DNA of 51,313 nucleotides, taken from contig CAJVPI010000124.1 of the NCBI GenBank assembly GCA_910592345.1, forward strand, positions 1 to 51,313, given 5' to 3'. The notes beneath the pieces are model-generated. The model did no database searches, had not been told where the DNA came from, and worked only from the letters and a program-made list of their open reading frames with translations. The position numbers and the translations under genes are program-made. Shown here in pieces: positions 13,219 to 25,800 of this stretch; the first letter of the stretch is position 1, and each line of letters opens with the position of its first letter. The DNA comes from Paraglomus brasilianum. Lineage: Eukaryota.

Positions 13219-15167
13219 CTACTTCTTTTTCCCTAGACCTGATCTAAAGTATGCAATATCCCCATCTTCCATTACATAGTCTTTGCCCTTTTGTGCATAC
13301 TTCCCGGTAGCTTTAACAGCAGCTTCTGTCCCATGTTCTTTGAGATCCTCATATTTCATGATTTCAGCCAGAATAAAGCCTTTTTCTAAATCTGTGTGGA
13401 TGCTGTTTGATAGATGACACGTGTAAGTTGACAGTTTACTATGAAAAGAGAATAGCGATTACAGAGACTAAAGTTGGCGTCAACTTACACTCCTGCGGCT
13501 TTTGGTGCCTTTGTTAGTTTCTGTTCATGTTTACGAGCCGAATCAATACAAAAGTGAGTCGCAAAGTAATGATCTCCTTTTGAACACTGATTTTCCGTTT
13601 ATGCTTACCCTGATAGTCCATGCTCTCACTTCATCAGGTCCACAAGTGAAGAAATAGATCAATTGCAATGTTTGATAACCAGCAACGATGATCTTGGGCA
13701 AAGCAGAGTTTGTTTCCAATTCCTTTAGCATTGCTTCTTTTTCTTCAGCAGACTTTTTCACTGATAAGCGTTGCTCTAAATTAGCGCAGAAAGGGATTAT
13801 AAGGTCTCCCGGGTTATTCTCATCGACCCAAGCCTTAATCTTGGGTAACCTGTACAAACAAATGAGTGACAAATAGTACTTGGAAGAAAGGCGTGTACGT
13901 AGTGTTCAAACGCACTCACCACTTGTTTTTCTTTCGAATGTAATCTTTCTGGCTTAAATTAACAAGATAGATCACTGGTTTTGCAGTTATAAGTTGAAGA
14001 GAATTGATTATTTCAACCTAATTGGTAAAATAATCGTAAACATTTACTACATTATATAATCTACACAGAAAGTGGTGCATTGGCAAGAAACTCACTTCTT
14101 TATTACTCCAGTTTTCCTTTCGCACATCTTTGCCGTCATCTTTTACTAGATCCAGAACTTTCTGTGAGATTTCCTAAATACAAACGGCTACAGTTAACAT
14201 AAGTTAGGCAGGGCATTGCAATACAGTGCTTCAATCACACACCAATTCTTCTTTTCTGGCCTTGTCAGCTGCGCTACCACCCTTTCCTATACGCGCAGTA
14301 ACCTTGGCAAGATCCTCAACACGTTTTGTGAGAAATTCTTCATCTTTAAGACGTAGTTCCGTATGGATAATTTCCAGATCTCGAATTGGATCGACTTCAC
14401 CTTCAACGTGTGACACTTCTTCATCGGAGAAAGCCCCTACGATCAAAAACAAGATTAATCACATGTGAAAATCAGGGTAGATCTTAAGATAAAAAAGAGA
14501 AGAGTACTAACGGATAACATGGAATAGAGCATCTACAGCACGAATATGGCTTAAAAAGCTATTCCCTAAGCCTTCTCCTGTTGCAGCTCCCTTTACAAGC
14601 CCTGCGATGTCAATTACCGTTAAAAAAGCTGGGATTTTTGAGTCGGGCTTATATACATCACACAACCAATCGAAACGAGGATCTGGCACTGCTACGCGAG
14701 ATTCTTCAGGATCTGTTTGAAATATCATACACCGGGACGTTAACAAAAAAATTTTTTAAAGGGCTTCTCTTCACGGTCGAGATACTATTAAAAAATAAGT
14801 ACCAATTGTACAGAACGGACGGTTTTCAGCTGGTACAGCACTATTCGTAATTGCATTGAAAAACGTTGATTTGCTGAAAAACGATCAAAACACATTAGAT
14901 ATGCGGCAAGTTAATAAATGTATACAAGCGTTGCTTAAGAATAGCATCAATTTTCAAAAGCTTGTCAAATTTAAAATACTACCCTACGTTAGGCAAACCA
15001 ACGACACCAATCTTCAAGTTATTACCCGGTCTACCCAGTAATATCTTTTCTTCTTTTATCACTTTTTTTGGTGGCATTCTACGAAATAATACTGCACTAG
15101 TCTGTATTGGTCTAACAGTCAAGTATGTTTGGCGTCCAAACGTCAAGACAGTGAATAATGCTCGCAT
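13219..15167 (-). CDS. OLA1: Obg-like ATPase 1 (YchF family)
   Basis: MPPKK...[56 protein letters not shown] (TGS domain). Canonical start at 15077, with an upstream in-frame ATG at 15167. Stop at 13219-13221. Confidence 0.95.
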
Positions 15168-15693
15168 TACAACAATAATATTAGGAATGTGATTTCACGT
15201 GAACAAATCTAAAATAATCTTTGATGTGATCTGCATGACTATTCCGTCACAAGTAACGCGCGAACATTTCCGCTAATAATTAATTGTATTATGTTTCAAT
15301 AGACGTCTAATAAGTGTAAACGCGTATACAACGGATGAATATATTCGGCACTATATGACTTTTCTCTAGCATATTTTTTCTATCTGGATCATAACCTCTT
15401 CATTACATTGCCGCGTGAATATGTTGCTCTAAGTTCTTTTACAAGGCGTGGGAAATTAAAAAATGTAAACGGACCAAGTGCAATTGTAATTGATAGGTAT
15501 CCGAACCTTCTTGAAGGTTATGTATTTATTTTTCTGTACAATTGCTTATTGTACTAATAACTATGAGGCGCCAATGGAATATTGTCCATATGCACCAAGA
15601 AATATATGCCTATTACTATAGAGATAGACAATACGCTGTATCCATTAGTATCTTACCCAAAATTTCGAAGTTACAGACATATTAAACATCGCG

Positions 15694-15826
15694 TCATTTT
15701 GAAGCTTCGGTCGGCCGGCCAGCAGCAGCAGTCGTTTGTTGATAACCGTAAACCTGTGTTGGTGGTTGATGATTTAGTCGTTGTGGAAGCGACTGCGGGT
15801 GTTGCTGCGGATGTTGCTGCGGGTGT

Positions 15827-15858
<32 letters not shown>

Positions 15859-15861
15859 TTG

Positions 15862-15892
<31 letters not shown>

Positions 15893-18800
15893 TGTTGTTG
15901 GTAATACTGCTGGTAATAACTCTGTTGTTGGCTGTATTGATCTTGGGTGTATTGAGGGTAATAACCTGAATATGTCGGTTGTGGGGGTGATGATTGATCT
16001 CTAGCATCTTGCGCGTTGGATGCTGTGGTTGGAGTATATGCCGTAGTCGTGGTCGAACTTGGATAGGTGCTTTGAGGGGTAGAAGTAGGGTTAGGCATAC
16101 TTGGATATTGAGTCACTGCGGGTCGAGCTGCACCGTAGTTATACTGATACTGTTGGTAGCCATATTGTGGCGATGTGGATGACGTCGATATATCTTGTTT
16201 GACTTCGGTTCCTTGGGGTAAATTTTTGTTATCGGCTGGTGTTGGTTGCGTTGAGTAATAGCCTGTTTTTGAATATGGAACTGTTTAATGTCAGACTAAG
16301 CTCTGCGAGGATCGCTCACAGTTTATATTAACACGTCAATTTACCTTGAGATTGAGCCATTGTCTGGGGTATCGTCTGGTTGACTGGCTGCCCCGTGGCT
16401 GTTGGCTGTCCCATTGGTTGTGCAGTCTGTGCAGCAGTCTGTCCGACTACCGCTGCAGACTGTTGTTGACTGTATTGTGATTGCTGTGGATATGAACCAT
16501 AGTGTGGCTGTGTTTGATATTGGCCATAAGTAGTTGGTGTCTGGTTGTAACCACTACTATACTGACCGTAATTAGTTGATGATTGTTGTCCGGATGACGC
16601 ATATGCAGCAGTATTATAGCCACTGGATAGCGGATCGCCAACCGCGTTCGTTTGTCCATATGTATTTTGCTGTGTCGGCTGAGGAGGATAAGCATTCTGC
16701 GTGTAATTAGTCTGTTGATATCCAGTGCCCTGCTGATAATTACTACTTTGTGTATATCCGCTTTGTTGGTGTCCACCTAAAGGTGAGCTCTGCTGATACC
16801 CCGTCGTCTGTTGATAGCCGCTATTCTGTGGATAGCTTCCCGGTTGTTGATAACCGCCTTGTTGATATCCACTTCCGCTCTGCTGGTATCCGCCACTAGT
16901 GAATCCACGATAAATGCTTAAAATAATATGCCGCTAATGAAAAAGCTCAGACCATTCTCTCTTACCTCCTTCCGTAGTCCGGATGTCGAGGCCTATCACG
17001 CTGTAAATTAAACGAATACACACGACAACAAGAGCAACAGAAAGAAATACGATACATTCATCAACAACCAACAAATCGTTATCATTGCGAGCATTTTACG
17101 ATAAAAACGATAGCAAGACCACTCAACAAGCGATAGTAAACGACATATACATTTCCAGACGCAGCTTTTTCAAGAATTAAAGATTTCGCAATAGCAATAG
17201 TCTCAGATGTCCCTACAACGATACGATTTACATCGACATAAACGCAAGGCAGCAATCGAACGACTGACATTGAATCGACAAGCAGGGCAATTGCGAGCAT
17301 GTGCAATTAGAATAGTTGATTATTCGTACACTTACCGATTATATGTACATTTCTATCTGCGGTCGTTGGTCCATGGTCAGATTCTATTTGAATTTTAGCA
17401 CCTGATTGTTGTTGAAGAGTCTTGACTGTCTCACCGCCTAGAAAGGAAAGCAACGTGCAATCAGCGATGGGTAACGACATTATATTAATAAAATTAGATT
17501 TATCAGCATGTATACCTTTCCCAATAATCAATCCGACTGTATCGTTTGGCACTTGAATTGTAACCTTCTCTTGGGAGAGCTTTCCACCATACTGTCCTCC
17601 CGGACCATAATGACTATCTTTGTAATTGCTTCCATGACCGTCACCACTATACACGCTACCTCCACGACTAGAACCACCGTATTCCTTGGAGTTTGACTTC
17701 AAGCCAATTTTAAACCAATGGTAAATTAGTATGCGTAATACACGTTTATCCTAAATCAGCATTTGCATGTCATACAAAGCCATACCCTGTCCAAAGCAAC
17801 ATCGCCACCATTAATGACTTCATCAATTAACGCCTTTGCTCTCTGGATCGCAGCCTCATCGCCAACCAAAGTCACCGGACGATCTGCAGATTGAACTGTG
17901 GCAGCATTATCCGGTGTAACATTTATTCGTGCCCCACTTCTATCTTGTAGATCACGTATAGTTTCGCCACCACGACCTATTATCACACCCACTTTACTAC
18001 TCGGAACGTGAATTGTAACTGTAACACGATTAGGTCCATAGTCTCCGCGACGATTTACTTGGCTCGTGAGAGACTCGTCGACAAGTGACTGTATCATGGT
18101 TCGCGCACTTCTGACTTCTTCTGGAGAACCAGCAATAGATACACGTCTGTCGATACAATCTGGTGGTTGATCTGGGCAATTGAATAATATGATTTCGATG
18201 ATTAAATACGATGTGTAAGTATAGAGGCAAACAGTGTATCGACTTTTGGTACACAAACTAAGAATCTGAAATAAAATAGATTAAATCGCGTTCAACTCAA
18301 CCTTGCGAGAACTGAATTTTGGCTCCTGTGTTCTTTTCAATCTTCTTTATGTTTTCTCCACCTCGTCCAATAACAGAGCCGACAACCACGTTGGGTACAG
18401 AAAACTCTTCGAGAATCTGTCCTGAACGTAACGATTCCCCAGGACCGTAATACGATCCATGTTGCCTATGACGTTCTTCACTTCCGAGGCCATAACGGTG
18501 TCTGCTTCCACTTTCATCTGATACGATGAATTTTCAAGTTAAGATATTACAAAGTGAAAAGCACATTATTGGGGCGATAATTCAAGAACATCATAATCGC
18601 AAGCAGAGGATACAATCTGAACGCGAAGATCCGCCATCGTAAGCAGTTCTCTTAGAATCACGGCCGTAGTCATCATGCCGGCTTCTATCGCGTCTGCTGT
18701 AAGAGTCTCGCCTATAGTCGTCACGGTGATCGTCACGGTGATCGTCACGTTTATCTCTCGAACTGTGGCTGCTATAATTCTCTTCGTGGGAACGCTTGAC

Positions 18801-19436
18801 ACCTTGATGACCGTGACTATGACCTTGAGGAGGGGTCTCAGTAACGTCTGCTGTTGTGTTCGCTGGTTGTACTGTTGTCTGCTGTTGTGGATTTGTTCGC
18901 GCTGCTTCTTGCTGTAATTTAGCAGCTATTGCTCGGACTCTAGCCATTGCATCATTAAATTGCACCACATCAGAATTAGATGATAGTGAAGGTGGAGGCG
19001 GGACCGCTTTATACTCTGCTGATTGTTGGATGCTTTGTTCGGATTGTTCGGTCGGCTGTTCGGTTGGCTGTTCAGATGGTGGCTCGGTTGGCTGTTCGAT
19101 TGGCTGTTCGATTGGTTGTTCAGTGGGCTGTTCAGTCGCCACTGTTGGTTTTGCGTTGGAAGTGATATTATTCTGTGGTTGTTCGCTGTCTTGTGCTATG
19201 ATCATATCATTTGACGCTTCATTATCAGAGGTGCTTTTCGGGAGAAGAACCTCTTGTTGAGCAGTTGCTGCTTCGTTTGGTTCCGCTACTTCGGGCGCTA
19301 CTTCTTGAGTTATGGCAGCTGCTTTTCCGGGGGAAGGCGCGTTCGGATCGGCATTTACTGTCTCGACTAAAGAAGTGGTTTCTATCTCTTCGGCCGCCGT
19401 CACAGGGGTTCGATCTGAATTCTCGTTTTCGGCCAT
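15694..19436 (-). CDS. KH-domain RNA/ssDNA-binding protein (FUBP/KHSRP-like) with Q/Y-rich low-complexity C-terminus
   Basis: Three KH motifs (VIGRGGENIK, IIGRGGETIR, IIGKGGETVK), AMARVRAIAAKL N-box-like helix, PTEQ repeats and polyQ. ATG at 19436, stop at 15694. Confidence 0.85.
15800..15900 (-). repeat. CAG/CAA polyglutamine tract plus HPQQ repeats in the KH gene
   Basis: (gct/gtt)n on + strand; encodes about 24 consecutive Gln on the - strand. Confidence 0.9.
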
Positions 19437-19762
19437 GACTGATGGAAAACAAACTTGATGGTACATTTCCTGGTAGGTCATCCCACTTTTTATCGTCGCA
19501 CAATTTTTGGCGCGAATCAGTCTTGTAGTCACATGACATTAATCTGATGAGATGCTGTAACTCTATCGATAAAGTCGACGAATAAGAGCTCAAGCTTTTA
19601 CTATACCTGCCAATAGCTGTTTCCTACAAATACCAGCGTAATCATTCGATACGCTAGAATATGTACTCTTACAGTAAATCAAAACACATATTAATATCCA
19701 GTGGAATGATCGTCCATATACAGCATTTACTATGGTGCTATTAATAAAGAGAGAATAATCTA

Positions 19763-20668
19763 CACTACCTGGACAAAAGTATCGGTCACCCTAACTTTAT
19801 TAATTGCTCAAAAGGATACATAATAATTGGGACTAAAATTTTTATATGTTATAGTCTAATTTGTTATGAAACGCGCATATATTTTTTACGCGTTGATTAT
19901 ATTTATTTCTTCTGTAATCAATATAATAAACTGAATCAGTTAATTTTAATCTTTACTTTGAAAATGTCTGACTTAACTGAAGCTGAACGTGGTTAAATTA
20001 TTGGGCTTTTTAAAAGTGGCGCTACAAAAACGAGCATATCTAAGACGCTTGGCTTTCTTAGAACAGTAACACGAAAAAAAAAAGCCTCACAACCCAACCA
20101 CGCAGTGGCCGCCCAAAACTTTTAAATTTTGAGCATAAGCAAGTATTAAAACGGGTTGTTAAGCAAAGCAACAAAAAAATCAGCCGAACAACTCAAAAAA
20201 CTGTTTAATGAAAGAACCGGACTTGATGTTTCTACTAAAACTATTTACACGAAATTAAATTTTTTTCTCGCATTCCGACATTTACTTACTGATCGGCAAA
20301 GAGAAAATTGCCTAAACTGGTGTATTGAAAGAAAGGATTGGTCTATTCGAAAATGGAAGTCTGTTATTTGGAGAAACCGTTCGATTTTGCCTAAAAACGT
20401 AAGGGAACCTGAGACAGCATTACAGGAGGAATGGAGCCAAATTCCCAACAACGTTTTAATGGATTTAATTAAAAGTATGCCTAGAAGGGTCGAAGCATGT
20501 ATTGCAAGCAAGGGCTGGCCAACAAAGTATTATTAGTCTTATATATAGATTCAGAAGAAGTTAGACTATAACATATAAAATTTTAGTTCCAATTATAATT
20601 ATTATGTACATTTTTGAGCAATTAATAAAGTTAGGGTGACCGATACTTTTGTCCAGGTAGTAGTAGTG
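19763..20668 (+). mobile_element. Internally deleted, defective Tc1-family DNA transposon
   Basis: About 100-bp TIRs (CACTACCTGGACAAAAGTATCGGTCACCCTAAC...) and TA flanks. Transposase relic 19964-20536: MSDLTEAERG* with a stop, PRSGRPK, WKSVIW, LQEEWSQIP...SMPRRVEACIASKGWPTKY. The DDE core is missing. Confidence 0.9.
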
Positions 20669-21019
20669 TATATACATGGAACGTTCAAAAAGCTTTTGTT
20701 ATTTTAACAGATTACATAATAATAATACTTTAAACTAATTCTCTCCTCCTACATCTATGCGATGTTGCAACCTTATTCGCCAATTTTCAAAGTTTCACAA
20801 TACTCTTCCTGTGGAATGCTGTCAGTAATTGCCTAGAAAGGTTTTCAATATTCGTATTTTTCTTTCCTTCGAGCTCTTTCTTAATTTAGACAACAGGGAA
20901 AAGTTACAAAGTGCTAAATCCGGACTAGAGCAACTTTGGGAGTTCTGGGACAAAAATTCTGAATAGAGTATAAATGTAGTGGAGCCCGGCCTCTTTCCCG
21001 ATATACAATATTATATGGA

Positions 21020-21476
21020 ATGGAATCTTTCTTAAACTCCAAATTTACCTACAAGACTAGAAAACGTATTAAGAATCCAATATAGAAACTGGGCTCAAAT
21101 GCTGCACAGCAATATGGAGTGACTGATGATTCAGATCCACTATTACTATGTTGCAAAGCAATGGCACTGGTTGATACTGGTTCCAGCACTGACTCTAATT
21201 ATAATGTCAAAAGTGTTCTATTACTATGATAGGATAGTGCAACAAATTGGTCAACCCTAAGTTAGAAGAATCAAGTATAAATATCATGGGGATAGCAGGT
21301 ATCAGAAAAGCTGAATTAATAATGTACCAATCATGTTCAAGGCAAAATAATGGCAGAAATAATCCGACATTAATAGCAGGAATTGAGCCCAGTTTTGTTT
21401 TAATCTTAAATTCTATATTAGATTCTTAATATTTTTCTAGTTTGTAGGTAAATTTGGAGTTTAAGAAAGATTCCAT
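21020..21476. mobile_element. MITE/foldback element with about 80-bp terminal inverted repeats
   Basis: ATGGAATCTTTCTTAAACTCCAAATTTACCTACAA...CTGGGCTCAA is mirrored by TTGAGCCCAG...TTGTAGGTAAATTTGGAGTTTAAGAAAGATTCCAT. Confidence 0.75.
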
Positions 21477-22289
21477 ATTAATTATAATATAATATCATAT
21501 ACAATGAACTCTCCCTAAATGCTCTCTCCCTAAATGCTCTCTCTCTTTAAATGCACCCTATTTGATAGTCCCAACCGCGGGACTTAACGCTAAATGCACA
21601 CTCTCTATATTCTGCACGTGCAATGGATTTTGCAATTCTCCGTAAATGCACTCACGTGACTCATTGGTATAGTTAGAAAACGTCCATCACCAATAAAATT
21701 CGGCGAATTAAAAATCTTTAACAACAATTGCTACCACTACAATAACATATTATGTTTATTATAAAATTTAACGAATCATCCCACTTTGACAAGCAAACTA
21801 TTTTCTAATGTCAAATTGTGCTCGAGGTCTGCCATCGTAATAGAATAACATCGGGTCATGTATTTATTCAGACATCAATAGCATCAGTTGACAGATAGTT
21901 TAATATTCTATTTTCTGATGCCTCGCAATATAATGCAATTTTGTAGTAACGTCGTCTTCTAACAGCTATCAGTGCCAGTACAGCGTCGAAAGTTTAGAAA
22001 TTGTACAAGCATTTTTAATTCAACAAGAAAATGCAAGTGAACACATAATATTCTCGAAGATTTATTAGAGATAGAAAAGCATCGAACGATATTTTAACCA
22101 ATGAGAGAATGCAACGAAATAAAGTATAATATTTATCAGGATCACGTGAATTTTAATATACAAACAATTGCTCTCTTACTTCTTTAAATTTTTGGCAGGA
22201 CTTGTTTAGCATATTAATATGGTATTTCGGGGGTTTTTTTCTTTGTTAGTATTAGGACTTTCCTTAAGCATGTTGTGAATATTTTATGT

Positions 22290-22420
22290 CAATGCTTCAC
22301 GGGCCTCCGGAGACATCTTTATGGCTCTCTCTCCCGCTTTCAAAACACTTAATCCAGTGTGGCATTGTTACCATTCACCAATTTTCCAGCCTTTACTCCA
22401 TTTTCCCATTCATATTCAAC
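22290..22420 (-). pseudogene. Possible mariner transposase N-terminal (HTH) fossil
   Basis: Minus-strand reading HWIKCFESGRESHKDVSGGP* resembles the mariner WxxRFxxGxESxxDxxRSGRP motif. Confidence 0.35.
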
Positions 22421-23654
22421 AAAAATGTAAAATTGTAATTGTTTATCGTTATATGAAAAATCAGCCATTTGTTTTCAGTAATGGTATCTGATAGAAGATA
22501 TTTCAACAATTACAAATTCAAAACAAACTGAATTCAGTTTGTTTTGAAGATCATGACCCAATTTATTTAAATGCCCCACATATTAATATACGTTTTTGCT
22601 TTTCCTATTTATTACGCGTCTTAATAAATAAAAGCAGAAACAAACTCTTGCAAACTATACTATCGAGAATATTTTATTGCACTCTTTATTGCACTCTTTA
22701 TTGCATTATTGGAATAAAGGAATCAGTGCCGAGTTAGGCAAAATTACAAAGCCACCAGTCTCAACCATGAAATGTAATGTTGAAAAGCTTTAAAAAAATT
22801 TTGCATATTAAAGCTTAGAGAATTAGTAAACTTATTTAGTATCTTTTCTGCTTTCTAATAATGCATTAATTGTTAAATTTGGCGTGGTCTTGACGGATGT
22901 GTAATAAATTTGCTTTTTTGTCACACTGTAGATTTATATTTATCATTAAGGTACTGTTAACCGATATCGTTATCATAGTAAACATTCTTTGGAAGCAATG
23001 CGGTGTGTGTTTCAAAAAGGTGGGCGGTTTTGGGTTGTTAGGGTTTTGTATTGAAAATTGCACAAAACGTTAAATGCGGCCGAAACACAGTTATTATTTT
23101 TCGTACAAAATACCATGCTCCGGTCGATACAGCGTGATGAACTTACACGATTTTTAACGGTCAGATTGATGAAGTATGTTTGTACAATTTTATAGGTGTT
23201 ATTTCATTATTGATAGTCCGAACCACAAGTCTATCGGGATCGTCTGCCCCCGTTCCGATTGTATCCGAGTTGAATAAAGAAATCGAAAATATCATTTGCT
23301 CGATCAGTAGTCTGTCGAATTTGAGTTACTTTTGTACACATGAAAAAGTTCGATGATCGTCATCCCGGCATTCTTCGTCTTTTGCATAGTTAAACATTAC
23401 TAATGTTATGTCGCACGCCATTTGACATGATTGGATATGGCTGATGACTAATGAAATACTTTGGATGATCCTTGGTTGATAATCAATCTAATTGAATATG
23501 AAACACAAGTTAATGAATTTGCTTACACCATTACGGGAGTTTCCTTTTCATCATTGGGCTGGTCGATGATGTCACAAGTGATCTTCTTAGTATATATATA
23601 AATACCCGATCCTTGTCTTTTGTCTTCACACAGTTTCACATACTCGTCAACATA

Positions 23655-25099
23655 ATGGTTTCCATTCTCGACCAGATCAAAAATTGGACAGTTATTGTCG
23701 CGGACACTGGAGATTTCGAATGTTAGTATACCTCGCTCGATAATGCAATACTGTTTTTAGCACGGTAGTGAGAAATTACAGCAATCTATCCATCAATATC
23801 TATAAAAAATAGCAATCGCTCAATATAAGCCACAAGATGCAACTACAAATCCATCATTGATATTGAATGCGTCTAAAAAGAGTGCGTATCATCACTTGAT
23901 CGATTCTGCGATTGCATATGCAAAGACGAAATCCGGGTAAGATATCTAAACGGACAACTGGATTACCAAATCTGTGACCGAAATAGATCTTTACTTACCT
24001 AACGACGACGTTGTATTCTCAACTTGATTTAGCACGGTCGACGAGAAAGTTGAATGGGCGATCGACAAACTGGTATAATTGAAATTTTCATATTCCTTCT
24101 TGTCTTAGAGCAACAATTACTAATACAAACATTTGAATATTCAAATTATATTACTCTTCGGTTCGATTAAAAGCTTATCAACTTTGGCGCCGAAATCCTA
24201 AAAATTATTCCTGGTCGTGTCTCTACTGAGGTTGATGCAAAGCTCTCCTTTGACAAAGAGGCTACAATCGCAAAGGCCAAACGTCTAATCGGTCTTTACA
24301 ATGAAGTTGGAATCCCTAAAGAGCGTGTACTGATCAAGATTGCGTCAACATGGGAAGGCATTCGAGCCGCTGAGGAATTGGAACGCGAAGGCATACACTG
24401 TAATTTGACTTTGTTGTTCTCTTTCCCTCAGGTAAGGTGTACATATAATATGAAGCGAGTAGTCAACATGGTTTTCTTTATCTATTTGTTCAATACGAGC
24501 CTAAGACAACTCGCGCTCCTCCTTTATTATCTAGGCAGTAGCCTGTGCTGAAGCCGGCGTCACTCTGATCTCCCCCTTTGTAGGCCGTATTCTTGACTGG
24601 CACAAAAAAGCTACCGGCAAAATTTACGCTGCTGCCGAAGATCCAGGTGTCATATCCGTGACCCGCATCTATAATTACTACAAGAATCACGGCTATAAGA
24701 CTATAGTTATGGGTGCCTCGTTCCGGAACATTGGTGAAATCACAGAATTGGCTGGATGCGACTTCTTAACTATTAGTCCCACATTGTTGGCAGAACTTAG
24801 CAGTAATAATGACATTATCTCGAGGAAATTGAGTAGTGAAAAAGGTAGGTGGGGATGGCGTAAGAAAGAATGTATAGTATGAGCAATTTTCTTGCAAGCA
24901 TGGCAGTAGATTAACGATATTGGTTATAAAATATTTAGCTGCTGCTACGAAAGAAGAGAGAGTTTCATTCAATGAGAAATCCTTCCGATGGGCCTTGAAT
25001 GAGGACGCAATGGCTACCGAGAAGCTTTCTGAAGGCATCCGCAAGTTCGCTGAAGATGCTGCCACCCTGAAAGCACAGCTTAAACAAAAGCTTGAATGA
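23655..25099 (+). CDS. TAL1: Transaldolase
   Basis: [81 protein letters not shown]. 5 introns. TATA-like element at about 23590. Confidence 0.97.
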
Positions 25100-25674
25100 T
25101 TTCTTCTTCGTCTTAACATTTGAGCAATAAGAACAATCTAAACGCGTTTTCGCACATATGTAATAAATTTATTCGTTTCAATCGTTTCCCCTCGTAATGT
25201 AGAGATACTTTCAAATGAACTGGTACCACGTTGTGTCATGTATCCCTACAGGAAATATTGTTATAAATTAATTGCTGGTTTTATGATGATGAGGTTTTTG
25301 CTTCACACAACGGACCTTATGAAGACTACATAATTATTAGACGCCCACATCCTACATAACATCCGTTCATATTATTTCTCCCTACAGACTGCGCCGAATT
25401 GCGGGAGCCGTCAGGGTTAGTAGGTTGCGGCATTGTCCTGAAAATAACAATAATGAGAATAAAGAAAAATCGGGAAAGGATGTAGTTTAACCCGCCAAAG
25501 TTTCTGGTAATATAAGTCGTTAACAATAATCATTGGATATGAATATGCATTTATCTCCTAGTGAAATACATAATAAAGTATGGATTGGTAAGGAACAATT
25601 TATGAAAACATCCAAAGCTAGCAGAAAAAGGCATTGCTAAAATAGTGGTTTCAGAAGATAGGGTTGTGAATATG

Positions 25675-25800
25675 CTTCATCACGATAGTGCAATGCCACA
25701 TAAACGCAACTCTGTCATGAAGATGGCAAGTGCATCCTCTCATTCTCCTTACAATCCAGATTTTTCATCTGGTGAATGTTTTTCGTCCAAGAGGTTATTA
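25675..25800 (+). pseudogene. Mariner transposase catalytic-domain fossil
   Basis: LHHDSAMPH followed by SHSPYNPDFSSGECF resembles the mariner HDNAxPH ... HPPYSPDLAPSDF motifs. Confidence 0.55.

Noticed and set aside
15582..16182. Plus-strand poly-Ala/Val and poly-Leu ORFs
   Set aside because: Antisense shadows of the polyQ tract in the KH gene.
18856..19438. Plus-strand CSVG/WLF repeat ORFs
   Set aside because: Antisense frames of the PTEQ repeats in the KH gene.
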